Below, one piece after another: positions 31,057-41,323 of a DNA stretch of 64,000 nt (the stretch's first letter is position 1; each line of letters begins with the position of its first letter). The notes beneath the pieces were generated by a model. The model worked only from the letters and a program-made list of their open reading frames with translations. It was not told the DNA's origin and ran no database searches. The stretch lies in NCBI GenBank assembly GCA_963786955.1, contig CAWBAT010000005.1, forward strand, positions 1,568,001 to 1,632,000, written 5' to 3'. The stretch comes from an uncultured Acidimicrobiia bacterium (GTDB taxonomy: Bacteria; Acidobacteriota; Terriglobia; Versatilivoradales; Versatilivoraceae). Both the position numbers and the translations under genes were made by a program.

Positions 31057-31701
31057 TTAGCGATAAGAAATATCAACGATCTGTCGGATATAGAAAGGTC
31101 CGACCGAATGTCGATAAGTCCAGGGCGAACCCTCCAAGGCGCGACGAACCAGCGACTCGAGTTCCGCCGGTGTGTAAGAACGCCGGATTGAGGTAACTCC
31201 ATCCGCCGCGTTGATCCAATAAATAAAAGGCGCTACAAAACAGCGGAAAAGTAGGAGGGGGAGCGGATGTCGCACCAAATCCAGGATGAGAAAACGCTTG
31301 CACGAGCGGCCAACGTTCCGGATTAACTCCACTAGGCACTCATCCGGCAGGTGATGGGCCACGCAAACGGCCAAGGCTACATCGCAAGAGGGCAGTGTAT
31401 CGCGCACAGCATCAGCCTGTATGATCGGAACCGCAGGGTGGAATTTGCCGGGCTCTCTCAATTCGATGCCGATCGTCTCAACTCCCATCTTCCGTTGAAT
31501 CTCAAGCAGTAACTCGCCACCGCCACATCCGATATCGAGAACGCGGCGTAACGGAGTCTGATGCCGTCCTAACTCCAATATCAGAGCCCTGATGTTTCCA
31601 ATGAACTTATGGGTCCAAGTGAGATCCTTGTATACGAGTGCCAATGTTTCCTCGGGCAAGTTAGGATCGTCAATGATTTCGGAATCAAACGAACGCTTCA
31701 T
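31057..31701 (-). CDS. Class I SAM-dependent methyltransferase
   Basis: EIIDD, VLDIGCGGG, HHL, DL.RH, DG..SIRRSYT; family often found beside type III PKS genes. Confidence 0.85.
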   Translation of the reverse strand: MKRSFDSEIIDDPNLPEETLALVYKDLTWTHKFIGNIRALILELGRHQTPLRRVLDIGCGGGELLLEIQRKMGVETIGIELREPGKFHPAVPIIQADAVRDTLPSCDVALAVCVAHHLPDECLVELIRNVGRSCKRFLILDLVRHPLPLLLFRCFVAPFIYWINAADGVTSIRRSYTPAELESLVRRALEGSPWTYRHSVGPFYIRQIVDISYR

Positions 31702-31715
31702 ATACCTCGCTCATT

Positions 31716-32738
31716 CTATATCGTAAGGGTGCCGGGCCGGGTCATCCGAAAGAGGGTGCGGGCAGGAATCAGCGAACTCAGACCCCGGGCCAACCCCGCT
31801 TCTAGAATAGCTCGGAAGAGAGTGGCCACATAGAAGGGTCTTCGGATTGCACGGCGACATTTGGACAAATAATCATCCACCGAAATCCCTCGAGAAGCAG
31901 CCAATCCTGCCAGGCGACCGGTACCGACCGCGTTCACCAAGCCCGTTCCTGTGAACGGATCTATGAAACCTAAAGCATCCCCTGCCGGATAAATATCCCT
32001 TCCAGCAAATTGCTGCCACCGGCCGCCAAATACCAATGGGCCCACGGTGAACCAAGGAGACATCCGAGAGAGCGGGCTTACCCGGCACGCTAGGGGTGGC
32101 CACCCATTGAGCAGATCGTCTATCTGGAATTCATATGCACGGAGGATGTGCTCCGGCGCGATCCCACAGATGTTCGTCATCCCGTTCTCGACAGCACTCA
32201 CGCCAACATAACATCCACGAAAAAAGAACAGTTCGACCGCATCGTTGATAGGTCCTTCGAAATGTGCCTTGAATCCAAATACCCGACGGCCTGCAGGGGC
32301 AATCGATTTCCGTCCAATAGCGATTATTTGGCATTGGCGGCCGTCTGAGCCGGCTCCAGTAGTGATTGCGGTCGTTACGCGCTCCCGTGTGGTTGTTGCT
32401 CCGAGTGCAATTGCCTTATCAAAAAGCAGGCGATCAAACTCAAAGCGGCTCAATCCGAATGCGCCATCGGGCAATTTGCTGTGGGTTGAGCGAATACCAA
32501 AATGCAGAATCGTTCTTCTAAGTGGTACCGGTTGTAGACGAAGAAAGTCTTGCCAGATCCCCAGCGACTGCAAAAGGGGAACAATCTCAGGCGAAAGGAA
32601 CTCACCACACACCTTATGGCGGGGGAAGCCAGACTTTTCGAATATATGGACAGACCGGGCTTCCGATAGCGCCGCGATCGCTGCTGCCGAGCCTGCGGGT
32701 CCACCACCCACGATACCAATCGATTTTGACAAACCCAA
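31716..32738 (-). CDS. NAD(P)/FAD-dependent oxidoreductase (geranylgeranyl-reductase/monooxygenase-like)
   Basis: GGGPAG, FPRHKVCGEFLS, SRFEFD, GDALGFIDPFTGTG. Confidence 0.85.
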   Translation of the reverse strand: MGLSKSIGIVGGGPAGSAAAIAALSEARSVHIFEKSGFPRHKVCGEFLSPEIVPLLQSLGIWQDFLRLQPVPLRRTILHFGIRSTHSKLPDGAFGLSRFEFDRLLFDKAIALGATTTRERVTTAITTGAGSDGRQCQIIAIGRKSIAPAGRRVFGFKAHFEGPINDAVELFFFRGCYVGVSAVENGMTNICGIAPEHILRAYEFQIDDLLNGWPPLACRVSPLSRMSPWFTVGPLVFGGRWQQFAGRDIYPAGDALGFIDPFTGTGLVNAVGTGRLAGLAASRGISVDDYLSKCRRAIRRPFYVATLFRAILEAGLARGLSSLIPARTLFRMTRPGTLTI

Positions 32739-32927
32739 GTTTAGTACCTCAAGCGGCAGGAATGGCCAGCCGCACCGTGTTTTCGATCGCTTGCAAATTG
32801 AAAAAGATCGGCAATTCGCGCTGAGCTGTAAGCTGTGCTTGGCGGGAAACTATCCAGCAACGGCAGCTTGGCCGTCTGCGATTCTATGAATTGCATTATT
32901 GCAGCCCGAAAAATTTCGGCACCACTT

Positions 32928-33635
32928 TTATTTGCGAGCTTCTTTCTTCAGTGAATATCGATTCAATTCCGTCCTCAGTTGGGCTGCCGCCGCAGGCGGC
33001 TTTGTGTTGCCCATAACGATTTCCTTATTCGTTAGCTTGGTGTGATATAGCTCAGCATTCGCGTCATCGTCGGGCCGCAGTGTGGCCCCGTCCAGCGAAA
33101 CACCCGCAAACACCCCACGCGCGCGGGAATAGGTCAAGATCTCAGCGTGCATCTTAAGATCCGTATCGGCCGATGTGGTGCGGCCCACTGGGCCTGCTGC
33201 CACCGAAGCATCGGCACCCAGAGTGAACTTGCTCGAGAGGAGCTTTTCAGCGCCTCGTTTGTTCATCACAAGCATGATGACATCCGTCTCCGAGCCTCCG
33301 ATCTGGAAACCGACGCTACCGCCTTCCACCTTCACGCCGGCTGGTGCGGACCACCCGCTACCAGAAGCTTGGCGGCACAACATGAAACCCCTGCCGTAGT
33401 TGCCTCCGACGATAAACGCGGCTTTCTTCATTCCCTCAACAATCACGATACACTCTGAGTTCTCAAGCAGTTCCTGAGGGATGCCTTTATCGGGCGTCGC
33501 CATGATCTCCGTCAAAACCTCTGCGGACACCTTTAATCGCTTTGTCGCACTATCGCTTGCATAGAGCAGTCCCCCGGACAACACCATCGCGCTGAGGCAG
33601 CCAATTCCAATTCTCATGAGTCTTTTTAGCTTCAT
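32928..33635 (-). CDS. Lipid-binding SYLF (Ysc84-like) domain protein
   Basis: Signal peptide; PDKGIP, GGS.GFQIG, ASVAAGPVGR, YSRARGVFAGVSLDG. Confidence 0.92.
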   Translation of the reverse strand: MKLKRLMRIGIGCLSAMVLSGGLLYASDSATKRLKVSAEVLTEIMATPDKGIPQELLENSECIVIVEGMKKAAFIVGGNYGRGFMLCRQASGSGWSAPAGVKVEGGSVGFQIGGSETDVIMLVMNKRGAEKLLSSKFTLGADASVAAGPVGRTTSADTDLKMHAEILTYSRARGVFAGVSLDGATLRPDDDANAELYHTKLTNKEIVMGNTKPPAAAAQLRTELNRYSLKKEARK

Positions 33636-33757
33636 AAATCTCTCCTTAGTGTACTTGTATGAATCTCTTCTTACCCATCACAATACGGATGTAATGTGAT
33701 GCTATACCCTCAGTCCAACCGGTGGCGTCACGTGCTACACCTCCGCTCTTGATTCCA

Positions 33758-33822
33758 TTTATACTCTGGTGCGTTTCGAGTGTCAGTTCAGTACAGCTCA
33801 CCCGGTTGGTCAGAATTGCTCA
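33758..33822 (-). promoter_or_regulatory. Tandem Crp/Fnr-like sites with sigma70-type promoter (SYLF gene)
   Basis: + strand GTTCA-GTAC-AGCTC and GGTCA-GAAT-TGCTC 22 bp apart; minus strand CTGACA-17-TATAAA. Confidence 0.75.
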
Positions 33823-33872
33823 CTCAGTTGATGAAGGAAACACCCTTTCTGAAAGGTTGCGTGGGAACCGGT

Positions 33873-34673
33873 TCACGGCGAGGCTGGAGGCTCCTGGTCT
33901 GTCGGGATTCCGGACAGGTAACGGTAAAAAGCCACTGCCCGGTTGATGGAGGAGGCATCGTGCCCAGTGGTCAACAGGTTCGCGTTCTTGCCCGTGCGCA
34001 CAATGCTGTAATAACGCCAGATCTCAGGGGACTCGCGCTCGAGGAAGTAGATCGACTGCAACTCACCCGCTTGAAAAAGGGGCAGCTGCCAGTACCGAAT
34101 GGTGCTGATGTTTTCGGTATCGAAAACTGCCAGATCGGGTGAGGCGCTTCGAATGTGCATGCGGTAAATCGCCTTGCCCGCTAAGTTGTCCTCCTGATGA
34201 AAGTATAGGCTCTTGCCTTCGGCGATCTCATCCGGTGAGAAGTCATTGCGGCGTCGTTCATCGGTTGGTCCAGGCAAAGCATAGGCTTCGGTGATCAGTG
34301 CCTGCCATCGCTTGTGGGAGGTCGACCAATAGCGCATCCCCGCGAGTTCGGAAATCGCCATAATCCGGTGGAGCAAGACCTCGCCTCCGGAAGTATGGTG
34401 AAAGCGGGCAACTGTAACCACCAGTGTGGTAAAGCCAGGCGCAGTCCAACCCGTGCAGGCTGGAGGGATCCAGTCGCGGCCTAGGTCGGAGCGGTCCCAG
34501 ACTCTTACAGTGGGCGGTTGATCCAGGGCAGGATAGGCGGGGAACACTGCGTCTCCGCAGGGAGGATGTGGCCCAAGATCGGCACGGCTCGTAAATTCAA
34601 AGCACCAAAGCGTCGGTATCAATGCCAGGAGGAATACTCCGGGCCAGCTTCGATAAAGCGGCTTATGAGACAA
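33873..34673 (-). CDS. Hypothetical secreted protein (possibly DUF6675-like)
   Basis: 266-aa ORF with N-terminal hydrophobic segment; ISEL.GMRYWS motif. Confidence 0.6.
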   Translation of the reverse strand: MSHKPLYRSWPGVFLLALIPTLWCFEFTSRADLGPHPPCGDAVFPAYPALDQPPTVRVWDRSDLGRDWIPPACTGWTAPGFTTLVVTVARFHHTSGGEVLLHRIMAISELAGMRYWSTSHKRWQALITEAYALPGPTDERRRNDFSPDEIAEGKSLYFHQEDNLAGKAIYRMHIRSASPDLAVFDTENISTIRYWQLPLFQAGELQSIYFLERESPEIWRYYSIVRTGKNANLLTTGHDASSINRAVAFYRYLSGIPTDQEPPASP

Positions 34674-34756
34674 TTACTGCCAACTTTCATTTCCGAGGAT
34701 TTTTTCATTCAACGCTGCCGGGAGCGCGCAGCCCACGACTAGCGCCGCTGTTGACG

Positions 34757-36112
34757 TCACTTTGCAGGACTGGCCGCGACAATCCGAACTGGAGTCACCG
34801 ACTTCAGTTGATCCAGCGCTGTCAACACGCTCTGCCAGCCAACCTTGTCCTTTTTCGTCTCGATTGGAACAGAGAGGTCGGAATAGAAGCGCAGGATGTT
34901 GTCTCGCAGCTCCGTCGTGGTCAGATCGAATTTCCGCTTTGACAGTCTGGCCAGCAACGCTGCATACGTGTCGTCTGTCAGCGAGTATTCCCCTGCCTTG
35001 GTCCTATTGCCATCATCCAAATCACAATTGGGGGGCCGGAGTGAATCAGCGCGCACTTCTTTAAGAAAGGTCCGGTATTGATCGACGGTCGTATTGATGC
35101 TCTTGAAGTAAAGCTCCTCCGTCTGCGCGGTCGGGTTATTAAACGCGAGCGCCTTAAAAGGGCCAGTTTTGGGCATGTATCGCAAGAGCGTTGACAACAC
35201 CCGGGTGCCGGCTCCAGGCTCACTGTAGTCTTTTCCCCACTCCCTTTCATAATCAGAGCGCGAGAGACGGTACAGAAACTTTTGTTTCGCAAAAGAGGGC
35301 GTCTCGCGCATCAGGTCCTTCTTATGGGTTTGCAACGCAACCTGGGTCATCTCCGGAATCAGCCGGCTGATACTGAATCGATACGAGCCGATCGCGAGGT
35401 CCGCGCTGGGAAGCATTTCTTTCAACTCCACTCCGTAGACGATTGGAAAGACCCGCTCCAGCAGGGACTTGGACACTTTAAACCCGATGAAATCGTGATA
35501 CTGCTCTGACGCATAACGATTCTTTGCCACCTGCACCATATCGAACCCGAACTCTGTTTTCAGATGGGCCGTCTTGTCCTCCGCATATTTGACCGATTTG
35601 CCATACTTGGCCCGCAGCTTCGGATAGTAGACTGAGACGGCCTGGTTAACGGCCGGGTGGCCGGCAATGTCCGACGCATAGTGTGAAAGAGCGCCCAGCG
35701 CAAAGGCGTACTCGTTAGCATCCTGACTCTCTAGCCGCAGTTCGCGAACGAAGTCTCCGCTGCGAACATAATGCATCAGATTGCTGAATTCCGCCTTGCC
35801 GAACGGGTAATAGCCGAGATCCTGGATGACGGCGCCACCATAGGCGTACGCATGCGCTTCCTTGAGCTGGTCTTCCGACAATCCTGGATATCGCTCGAGC
35901 AGGAGAGGCCGAATCCCATCAGTCCAGAGCAAGTCTACGATTTCCTCGTGCGTGAGAACGGAGTATGCAAATGTGCCACTAGTGCCCATCAGCACGAAAA
36001 GGAGAAACATCAACACGCGGGTGCACAGGGGGCGCCGCCCCTCGCCTATGTGCCATAGCGCTAAGACTATGTAACGGGATCTCGTTAAATAAAAGGCCGA
36101 AGATTCTGCCAT
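34757..36112 (-). CDS. Zinc-dependent phospholipase C family protein
   Basis: AYSVLTHEEIVD, YGGAVIQDLGYYPFG, GALSHYASD, HLKTEFGFD; start may lie further downstream. Confidence 0.85.
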   Translation of the reverse strand: MAESSAFYLTRSRYIVLALWHIGEGRRPLCTRVLMFLLFVLMGTSGTFAYSVLTHEEIVDLLWTDGIRPLLLERYPGLSEDQLKEAHAYAYGGAVIQDLGYYPFGKAEFSNLMHYVRSGDFVRELRLESQDANEYAFALGALSHYASDIAGHPAVNQAVSVYYPKLRAKYGKSVKYAEDKTAHLKTEFGFDMVQVAKNRYASEQYHDFIGFKVSKSLLERVFPIVYGVELKEMLPSADLAIGSYRFSISRLIPEMTQVALQTHKKDLMRETPSFAKQKFLYRLSRSDYEREWGKDYSEPGAGTRVLSTLLRYMPKTGPFKALAFNNPTAQTEELYFKSINTTVDQYRTFLKEVRADSLRPPNCDLDDGNRTKAGEYSLTDDTYAALLARLSKRKFDLTTTELRDNILRFYSDLSVPIETKKDKVGWQSVLTALDQLKSVTPVRIVAASPAK

Positions 36113-36136
36113 AGATTTCTTGACCCATTTTCAAAT

Positions 36137-36478
36137 TTAAGGCGCCAACAGATTTTCGGGTCCCGCAGCTAACTTGGGAAAACGCTGCATGATTTCACTC
36201 TTGATTTCACATGAAAGTTTAACAATTGAATTCTCTAGGAACTTTTTGCCCCGACGCAAAAACACTTTAAGATTGGCCTTGTGCCCGTTGATTTGCTTAA
36301 CAACGACCCACTGGGTTCGGGCGCCAGGTTCAATTTCGTAAAGCTCAACTTGAGTTTGACCTATGGGAATCGGTATCGACTTCACATACCTGATGCGACA
36401 GGGGGCGTCGGCAAATAGGGTAAAATTCATACTACTTCCTGCGTAGCAGAACTTGTACTGTTGCAGTTCCATATTCAT
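36137..36478 (-). CDS. Hypothetical protein
   Basis: 113-aa ORF with AAGGAGG RBS; no family recognised. Confidence 0.55.
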   Translation of the reverse strand: MNMELQQYKFCYAGSSMNFTLFADAPCRIRYVKSIPIPIGQTQVELYEIEPGARTQWVVVKQINGHKANLKVFLRRGKKFLENSIVKLSCEIKSEIMQRFPKLAAGPENLLAP

Positions 36479-36687
36479 TCCTCCTTTTGATCAGATTCAT
36501 GTATTTGGTCTCTGCAGTTCAGCCACTGATTTTCCCGCTTGCAGGGCCTTAATCATTATGAGGGCGAGATCCGCAAGCCAGTAACTGCCGATCTCCGTGT
36601 GTATCAAATGGCTTAGCTCTGTCCGCACCAGTTAGCCACGAATTCAAATGTTCTCTTTCTTGTGAAAGCCTAAACTTTTCACTGGGG

Positions 36688-36879
36688 TCACCTTCCAACG
36701 TGGATATTGGCGAAGGAACTGAAAAGTCCAAAAATGTTTAGGAGCCACAAAACCACGGCAATAACCACGACTCCGTTGAGTATGCTCTTAATCTTACCGT
36801 CCATTGGAATGTAAGAATTGACGAGCCAGAGAAGAACGCCAATCACGATCAGGACCATCACTAATTGAATTAAAGGCAT
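36688..36879 (-). CDS. Thivi_2564 family small membrane protein
   Basis: LIVIGVLLWLVNSYIPMDGKIKSILNGVVVIAVVLWLL. Confidence 0.85.
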   Translation of the reverse strand: MPLIQLVMVLIVIGVLLWLVNSYIPMDGKIKSILNGVVVIAVVLWLLNIFGLFSSFANIHVGR

Positions 36880-36993
36880 GACACACCTTCCTTTCTTTCC
36901 GAGTCAGACGCTTAAAAGTCTGCTCGCAGTTATGTTCTATACGAGAAGAGCCGACCGATCTGAAATTCAAGTCCGCCGCTCGGGCGCGGACAC

Positions 36994-37149
36994 CTAGATC
37001 TGACCTAACAGCAGCAGGATGACCAAAATCAGCAAGATTAGGCCCAGTCCGCCGCTCGGGTAGTAACCCCACTGCCGGCTGTGAGGCCAAGTGGGGAGTA
37101 CACCTAACAGCATCAATACCACAATGACGATCAAGACAGTTCCAAGCAT
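36994..37149 (-). CDS. DUF3309 family protein
   Basis: LPTWPHSRQWGYYPSGGLG signature; GGAGG RBS. Confidence 0.9.
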   Translation of the reverse strand: MLGTVLIVIVVLMLLGVLPTWPHSRQWGYYPSGGLGLILLILVILLLLGQI

Positions 37150-37222
37150 ATTGTTCCTCCTTTGCACATAACATCCCGTTAGCCAAGGCCTGCAAACACT
37201 GGAATTCCTCGTTCGGAGGCTG

Positions 37223-37741
37223 TTACTTCTTTTCCCGGTCTCCTCGGTCACTTTCGGGACTAACAGCTTCTTTGACACCCTCGCCCACTTTCTGGCCGGC
37301 GCGCCCTACACTTTTACCCATTTCTTTGCCCGCCGCGACGGGTTTGCCTTTCTTCATCTCGTGGCCGACTTCTTCACCACCCTTCCCGACCTCTTGGCCC
37401 GCGCTCTTAAAACTGCCGCCTACCGACTCCGGTCCAACTCCGAGTTTGCCGGAGGTTTCGGCATCAAGGTGTCCCGTGACGGGAAGTTTCTCTGACTTTT
37501 GATATTGGCGAATCCCTGCTCGGGTTTCCGGACCTGAGATGCCATCGATCTTCCCGTTGTAATAGCCTTTGTCGTGCAGGGTTTCTTGCACCTTCTTGAT
37601 ATCCTGATGATGCGAAACTGCCGGCTGCTCTTCGCTGGGCTTAGCCGCGGAAGCCAGAGGAATCAGGATTAGTCCCAACATCCCAGTCGTCAGAAAGCTG
37701 AAGACGACCCTGGTCCACACTACTTTGCTTGTTCGATACAT
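37223..37741 (-). CDS. Peptidoglycan-binding domain (PG_binding_1) protein
   Basis: Signal peptide; VQETL..KGYY.GKIDGI.GPETRAGIRQYQ...LPVTG.LD. Confidence 0.85.
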   Translation of the reverse strand: MYRTSKVVWTRVVFSFLTTGMLGLILIPLASAAKPSEEQPAVSHHQDIKKVQETLHDKGYYNGKIDGISGPETRAGIRQYQKSEKLPVTGHLDAETSGKLGVGPESVGGSFKSAGQEVGKGGEEVGHEMKKGKPVAAGKEMGKSVGRAGQKVGEGVKEAVSPESDRGDREKK

Positions 37742-37893
37742 TTTCTCCTCCGAATCCATATTTGCTAGTTGTGAGTATGAAGAGTTCAACCTAGATCGAT
37801 CTGTTAGTGCCCCAAATGATTAACCCGTCGGCGTTTACTATGGGATCTCTCGTGGCTTCTGTCCCCACTAGGCTCAGGTGGAAGCTGGGGATT

Positions 37894-37958
37894 ATGTTAC
37901 CCTTCGGGTCATTCAGTGTCAGTTCACTATTGCTCACATGTCTGATCAATAGTGCTCT
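37894..37958 (-). promoter_or_regulatory. Tandem Crp/Fnr-like sites with promoter (PG-binding/DUF3309/Thivi genes)
   Basis: GTTCA-CTAT-TGCTC and GATCA-ATAG-TGCTC 22 bp apart; CTGACA-17-TAACAT. Confidence 0.7.
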
Positions 37959-38049
37959 CCCAGTTAATGTGCGAATCTCCACTGAGTTAGAACACGGCAG
38001 GGCCGAACGTCAACGGTTTGGAATTGCTCTCCCCATCAACGGGAGATTT

Positions 38050-40479
38050 TCAAGGGAGCAACTGGCTCTGCGGAAAGAAAAAACTCGGTGGCCATTCAAC
38101 ATTTAGAAAACTCGATCGTCCCGGCCATGGATCGAATGCCCTGATCGCTGAAATGTTCAACTGGGGCATGTCTTCACCTTCCAGTGAATCGCCTTTCAGG
38201 TAAGCATTTATGCTCAGTTCCATTCGAGCTGGAAACTCCGGCGCAAGCCCTAAAAGCTTTGCGCGGTATACTCTGAGCATGATTTCTTTGAACACCGGAA
38301 GCGCAACTCTACCACCGGTTTCCTTGGGTCCGAGGGAGCGATTGTCGTCAAAGCCGATCCGGACGCCAACGGTGATTCCTTCGGGGCCATAAGTGCAGCC
38401 CACGAAGAGGGCATCCCTGAAGTCATTGGTTGTTCCAGTCTTTCCGATCACGGCGATCGGAAAACCGCTGGAATCCAGGGCATGAGCCGTGCCGGAAGGA
38501 ATTCGCACGACACCGCGCAGTCCTTCCTGAATGAGCGACAACGCGGAGTCGTCGACAGAGACCGGGGACCCGCCATGTTTGTCCTGGGCAGCTACCTCGC
38601 CCGAACCGCGGATGATCTTCGAGATCAGATACGGCTGGGTGAGAATGCCCGATGCCATCGTGCGGTACGCATTGGCCAGCTCCAGTAAATTCACTTCAGA
38701 AGCGCCCAACGCCGTTGTGGCGTATGGCTGCAGCGGCGTCTGGATTCCAAGAATCTGAGATGTCCGCAGGATGCTGGCGATTCCAATCCGCTTTGTGATC
38801 CAAATCGCGACGGCATTTCTGGATTCCGCGAGCGCCTGCCGGAGGGGGATCATACCCTTGAATTGACCATCGTAGTTTGAAATCCATTTCGCACTCTGTT
38901 TCCCTCCATCGGGAACGCTGATGGGTTTGTCGGGAACCATGGTGTCCAGGTCAAAGGGTCCTTGCCGAAACGCAGCGAGATAGACAATGGGCTTCATTGC
39001 GGACCCAGGTTGCCGCAGAGACTCCGTGACGCGATTGAAGTCGCTGTATGACGCGGAGCGGTCTTTGTAGAACTGGCGGCCACCGGTCTCGGCGAGGACG
39101 CTCGCATCACGATTTCTCAGCACCACAACAGAGCCCTGAATCAGCCCTTTGGAGGCCGGGCGGCGCCTCTCATACATCACAAGGCCGTTCTCCAGTGCCT
39201 CATTCACAATTTGCTGCACCCGCGCATCTACCGTCGAGTAAACCTGAATATGTCCCTGCAGGAGGTCATTGACACTGGGAGCATTGTCGAGGCCTTTAAG
39301 CTCTTCAAGGACACTCTTAACGACCGCAGCCGTCTGGAATATCTTGCCCTTGTTTCGGGGGGCTACCGGAATCGGCCTTTGCGCTGCTCGCTTCTCTTCG
39401 TCCACGGAAATAAAACCGTTCGCCGCCATGAGCGCGAGAGTTTGATTTCTACGGCGTAAGACCCTTTCGCTATCGTTCGCACAGGGCGCGTAGTAGCGGG
39501 GCGACTTTGCGATGCCTGCCAGCAGCGCTGCTTTGTCAGCATCCTCTACGGTTAATGTGGCGAGAGGCCGGCCAAAATAGTATTCGGCCGCCGTCGCAAA
39601 ACCGTACTGACCGTTTCCCATGTAAATAAAACTCGCATATCGGGCCAGAATTTCTTCCTTAGCGCGGCGCTTCGAACCGTACCGTTCCTGCATCGCTCTT
39701 TCGACCCACAACGACAATCGCATCTCTTCCATCTTCCGAACGAACATGTTGGCGTTTCGCGCGCCAATCAGGTAAGAAAGCGCGCGGGGTAAGAGGACGC
39801 CGTGACGGAGCTGGTCGCTGTTTTCTTGAGCTGTCAGGTTTTGGAAAACTGTCAGGTCGTGGAGAAAATAACCCCGCACGAGCTGTTGGGTGACAGTCGA
39901 TCCTCCTTGCGGGAAGATCGTTGGACTATTCCTGCCGTCTTCGGGCCCTAACCCTATCAGGCGAACCAACAAAGTTCCAATCCTGACTTTGCCCAGAACG
40001 CGAGGGATTCTGCAATAATCCATTCCGCTATGGGTGAAGAAGTTCTTGTCCTCGGTGGCAAGGATCGCATCACGAACGATGGGCGGGATATCCTTATACT
40101 TGATGATCCGCCGGTACTCTCTTGCCAATTCCATGAGCGGCTGGCCGTTGGCATCGTAGACATGGCCGATGCAAGGAAACTCAAAACGGGTGAATGGTCC
40201 TATGTCAGGCAGGTTGGTTCGGTCAAAATAGACGTGATGGAATCCGACTATAATGAGAGCGCTCGCAATCACTGTAGGGCCAACTACAAGGTAAACAAGC
40301 CAACGCAATCGGCCTAAGCGCGAACTGCGGATTCTCCGAACAACTCCTAAGCCAACCACCCGCAGAACTCTGAACCAAGTGAGCACAAAACTCGTCGAGC
40401 TCATTGCGCGTGTGGGTAAGGCTCCTCCGCGCTGGTTCCGCCTTCTCTTCTTTGCAGGGAAGATAACTTCGAACTTCAT
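38050..40479 (-). CDS. Class A penicillin-binding protein (transglycosylase/transpeptidase)
   Basis: EDKNF, GGSTVTQQ; SxxK (GSAMKP), SRN, KTGT. Confidence 0.9.
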   Translation of the reverse strand: MKFEVIFPAKKRRRNQRGGALPTRAMSSTSFVLTWFRVLRVVGLGVVRRIRSSRLGRLRWLVYLVVGPTVIASALIIVGFHHVYFDRTNLPDIGPFTRFEFPCIGHVYDANGQPLMELAREYRRIIKYKDIPPIVRDAILATEDKNFFTHSGMDYCRIPRVLGKVRIGTLLVRLIGLGPEDGRNSPTIFPQGGSTVTQQLVRGYFLHDLTVFQNLTAQENSDQLRHGVLLPRALSYLIGARNANMFVRKMEEMRLSLWVERAMQERYGSKRRAKEEILARYASFIYMGNGQYGFATAAEYYFGRPLATLTVEDADKAALLAGIAKSPRYYAPCANDSERVLRRRNQTLALMAANGFISVDEEKRAAQRPIPVAPRNKGKIFQTAAVVKSVLEELKGLDNAPSVNDLLQGHIQVYSTVDARVQQIVNEALENGLVMYERRRPASKGLIQGSVVVLRNRDASVLAETGGRQFYKDRSASYSDFNRVTESLRQPGSAMKPIVYLAAFRQGPFDLDTMVPDKPISVPDGGKQSAKWISNYDGQFKGMIPLRQALAESRNAVAIWITKRIGIASILRTSQILGIQTPLQPYATTALGASEVNLLELANAYRTMASGILTQPYLISKIIRGSGEVAAQDKHGGSPVSVDDSALSLIQEGLRGVVRIPSGTAHALDSSGFPIAVIGKTGTTNDFRDALFVGCTYGPEGITVGVRIGFDDNRSLGPKETGGRVALPVFKEIMLRVYRAKLLGLAPEFPARMELSINAYLKGDSLEGEDMPQLNISAIRAFDPWPGRSSFLNVEWPPSFFFPQSQLLP

Positions 40480-40800
40480 TGTGCCGCCCTGTCCGCCTGG
40501 ATTGCCTGGTATCGGGGATCTTGAATGATCAACTGCCGCACCTGGTCACGCAACTCCTGCCACTCATGGATGCAATAGCCGGCGTGATCTTCGGCCGTCA
40601 CTATGGGCCCACTTCTCTTCGAGGATTGCGATCACGGACAAAGTCTTCATTCGCTTTTGATGGGTCTGCTTGCCCACCTCCGACTCGGGCGCTTTTGCCA
40701 CGCGATCGAACTCTCCACAAGCCCGTGTCTTGATTGGGTTTCCCCATTCAGCTTGACTTACCTTGCCAATCATCTTTTCCCCCACAGCGACTGGGCTCCT
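40476..40800 (-). pseudogene. Frameshifted hypothetical gene coupled to the PBP start
   Basis: MKTLSVIAILEEKW then shifted frame IVTAEDHAGYCIHEWQELRDQVRQLIIQDPRYQAI; its TGA overlaps the PBP ATG; 5' end uncertain. Confidence 0.45.
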
Positions 40801-40936
40801 CCTCTGATCCCCCAGAGTGTCCAAGTGTGCTAGATACGAACCCGCCGACAATTTCATTAGCATTAGTCTTTGGTGAGCCACAAATTTGTATGTCCCGCTA
40901 GGCCCTCCTCGCGGGCAGCTGGAAACAGGTTTTCTA

Positions 40937-41002
40937 ATATTGCCCGTGTGGGGATTTGCGCGTCAGTTCAGTACTGCTCACGCGTCTGGTCAAAACTGCT
41001 CA
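40937..41002 (-). promoter_or_regulatory. Tandem Crp/Fnr-like sites with promoter (PBP unit)
   Basis: GTTCA-GTAC-TGCTC and GGTCA-AAAC-TGCTC 22 bp apart; CTGACG-18-CAATAT (weaker -10). Confidence 0.65.
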
Positions 41003-41323
41003 TCGCAGTTCATGAGGAGGGAACTACAGTGGGGGCCGGTGGAAATTACCTATGGTTGGACATGGAAACTTTATTGCGCTGGATTGTCCTCATCACCCCC
41101 CCATGGTGGGGAAGGTGTGAAAAGATTCCGCCGGGTCGGGGATGAAGCGTTGAGAATGCTTCATGCCTACAACATAATAGTAAGCCCTTTGAAATCATTG
41201 TAGGCCGCGTGACCTCACGCGGCGTTTTCCAATTCTTTCACACCTCCGGGGGGGAGTGGTGAAGTCTTGATACACCTTCACGGCGGAGTGGCAGGAAACT
41301 GCCGCACACGGCAGAACTTAATG

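Noticed and set aside
32740-32925. Possible type III PKS 3' remnant
   Set aside because: Only a vague few-residue resemblance; not supportable
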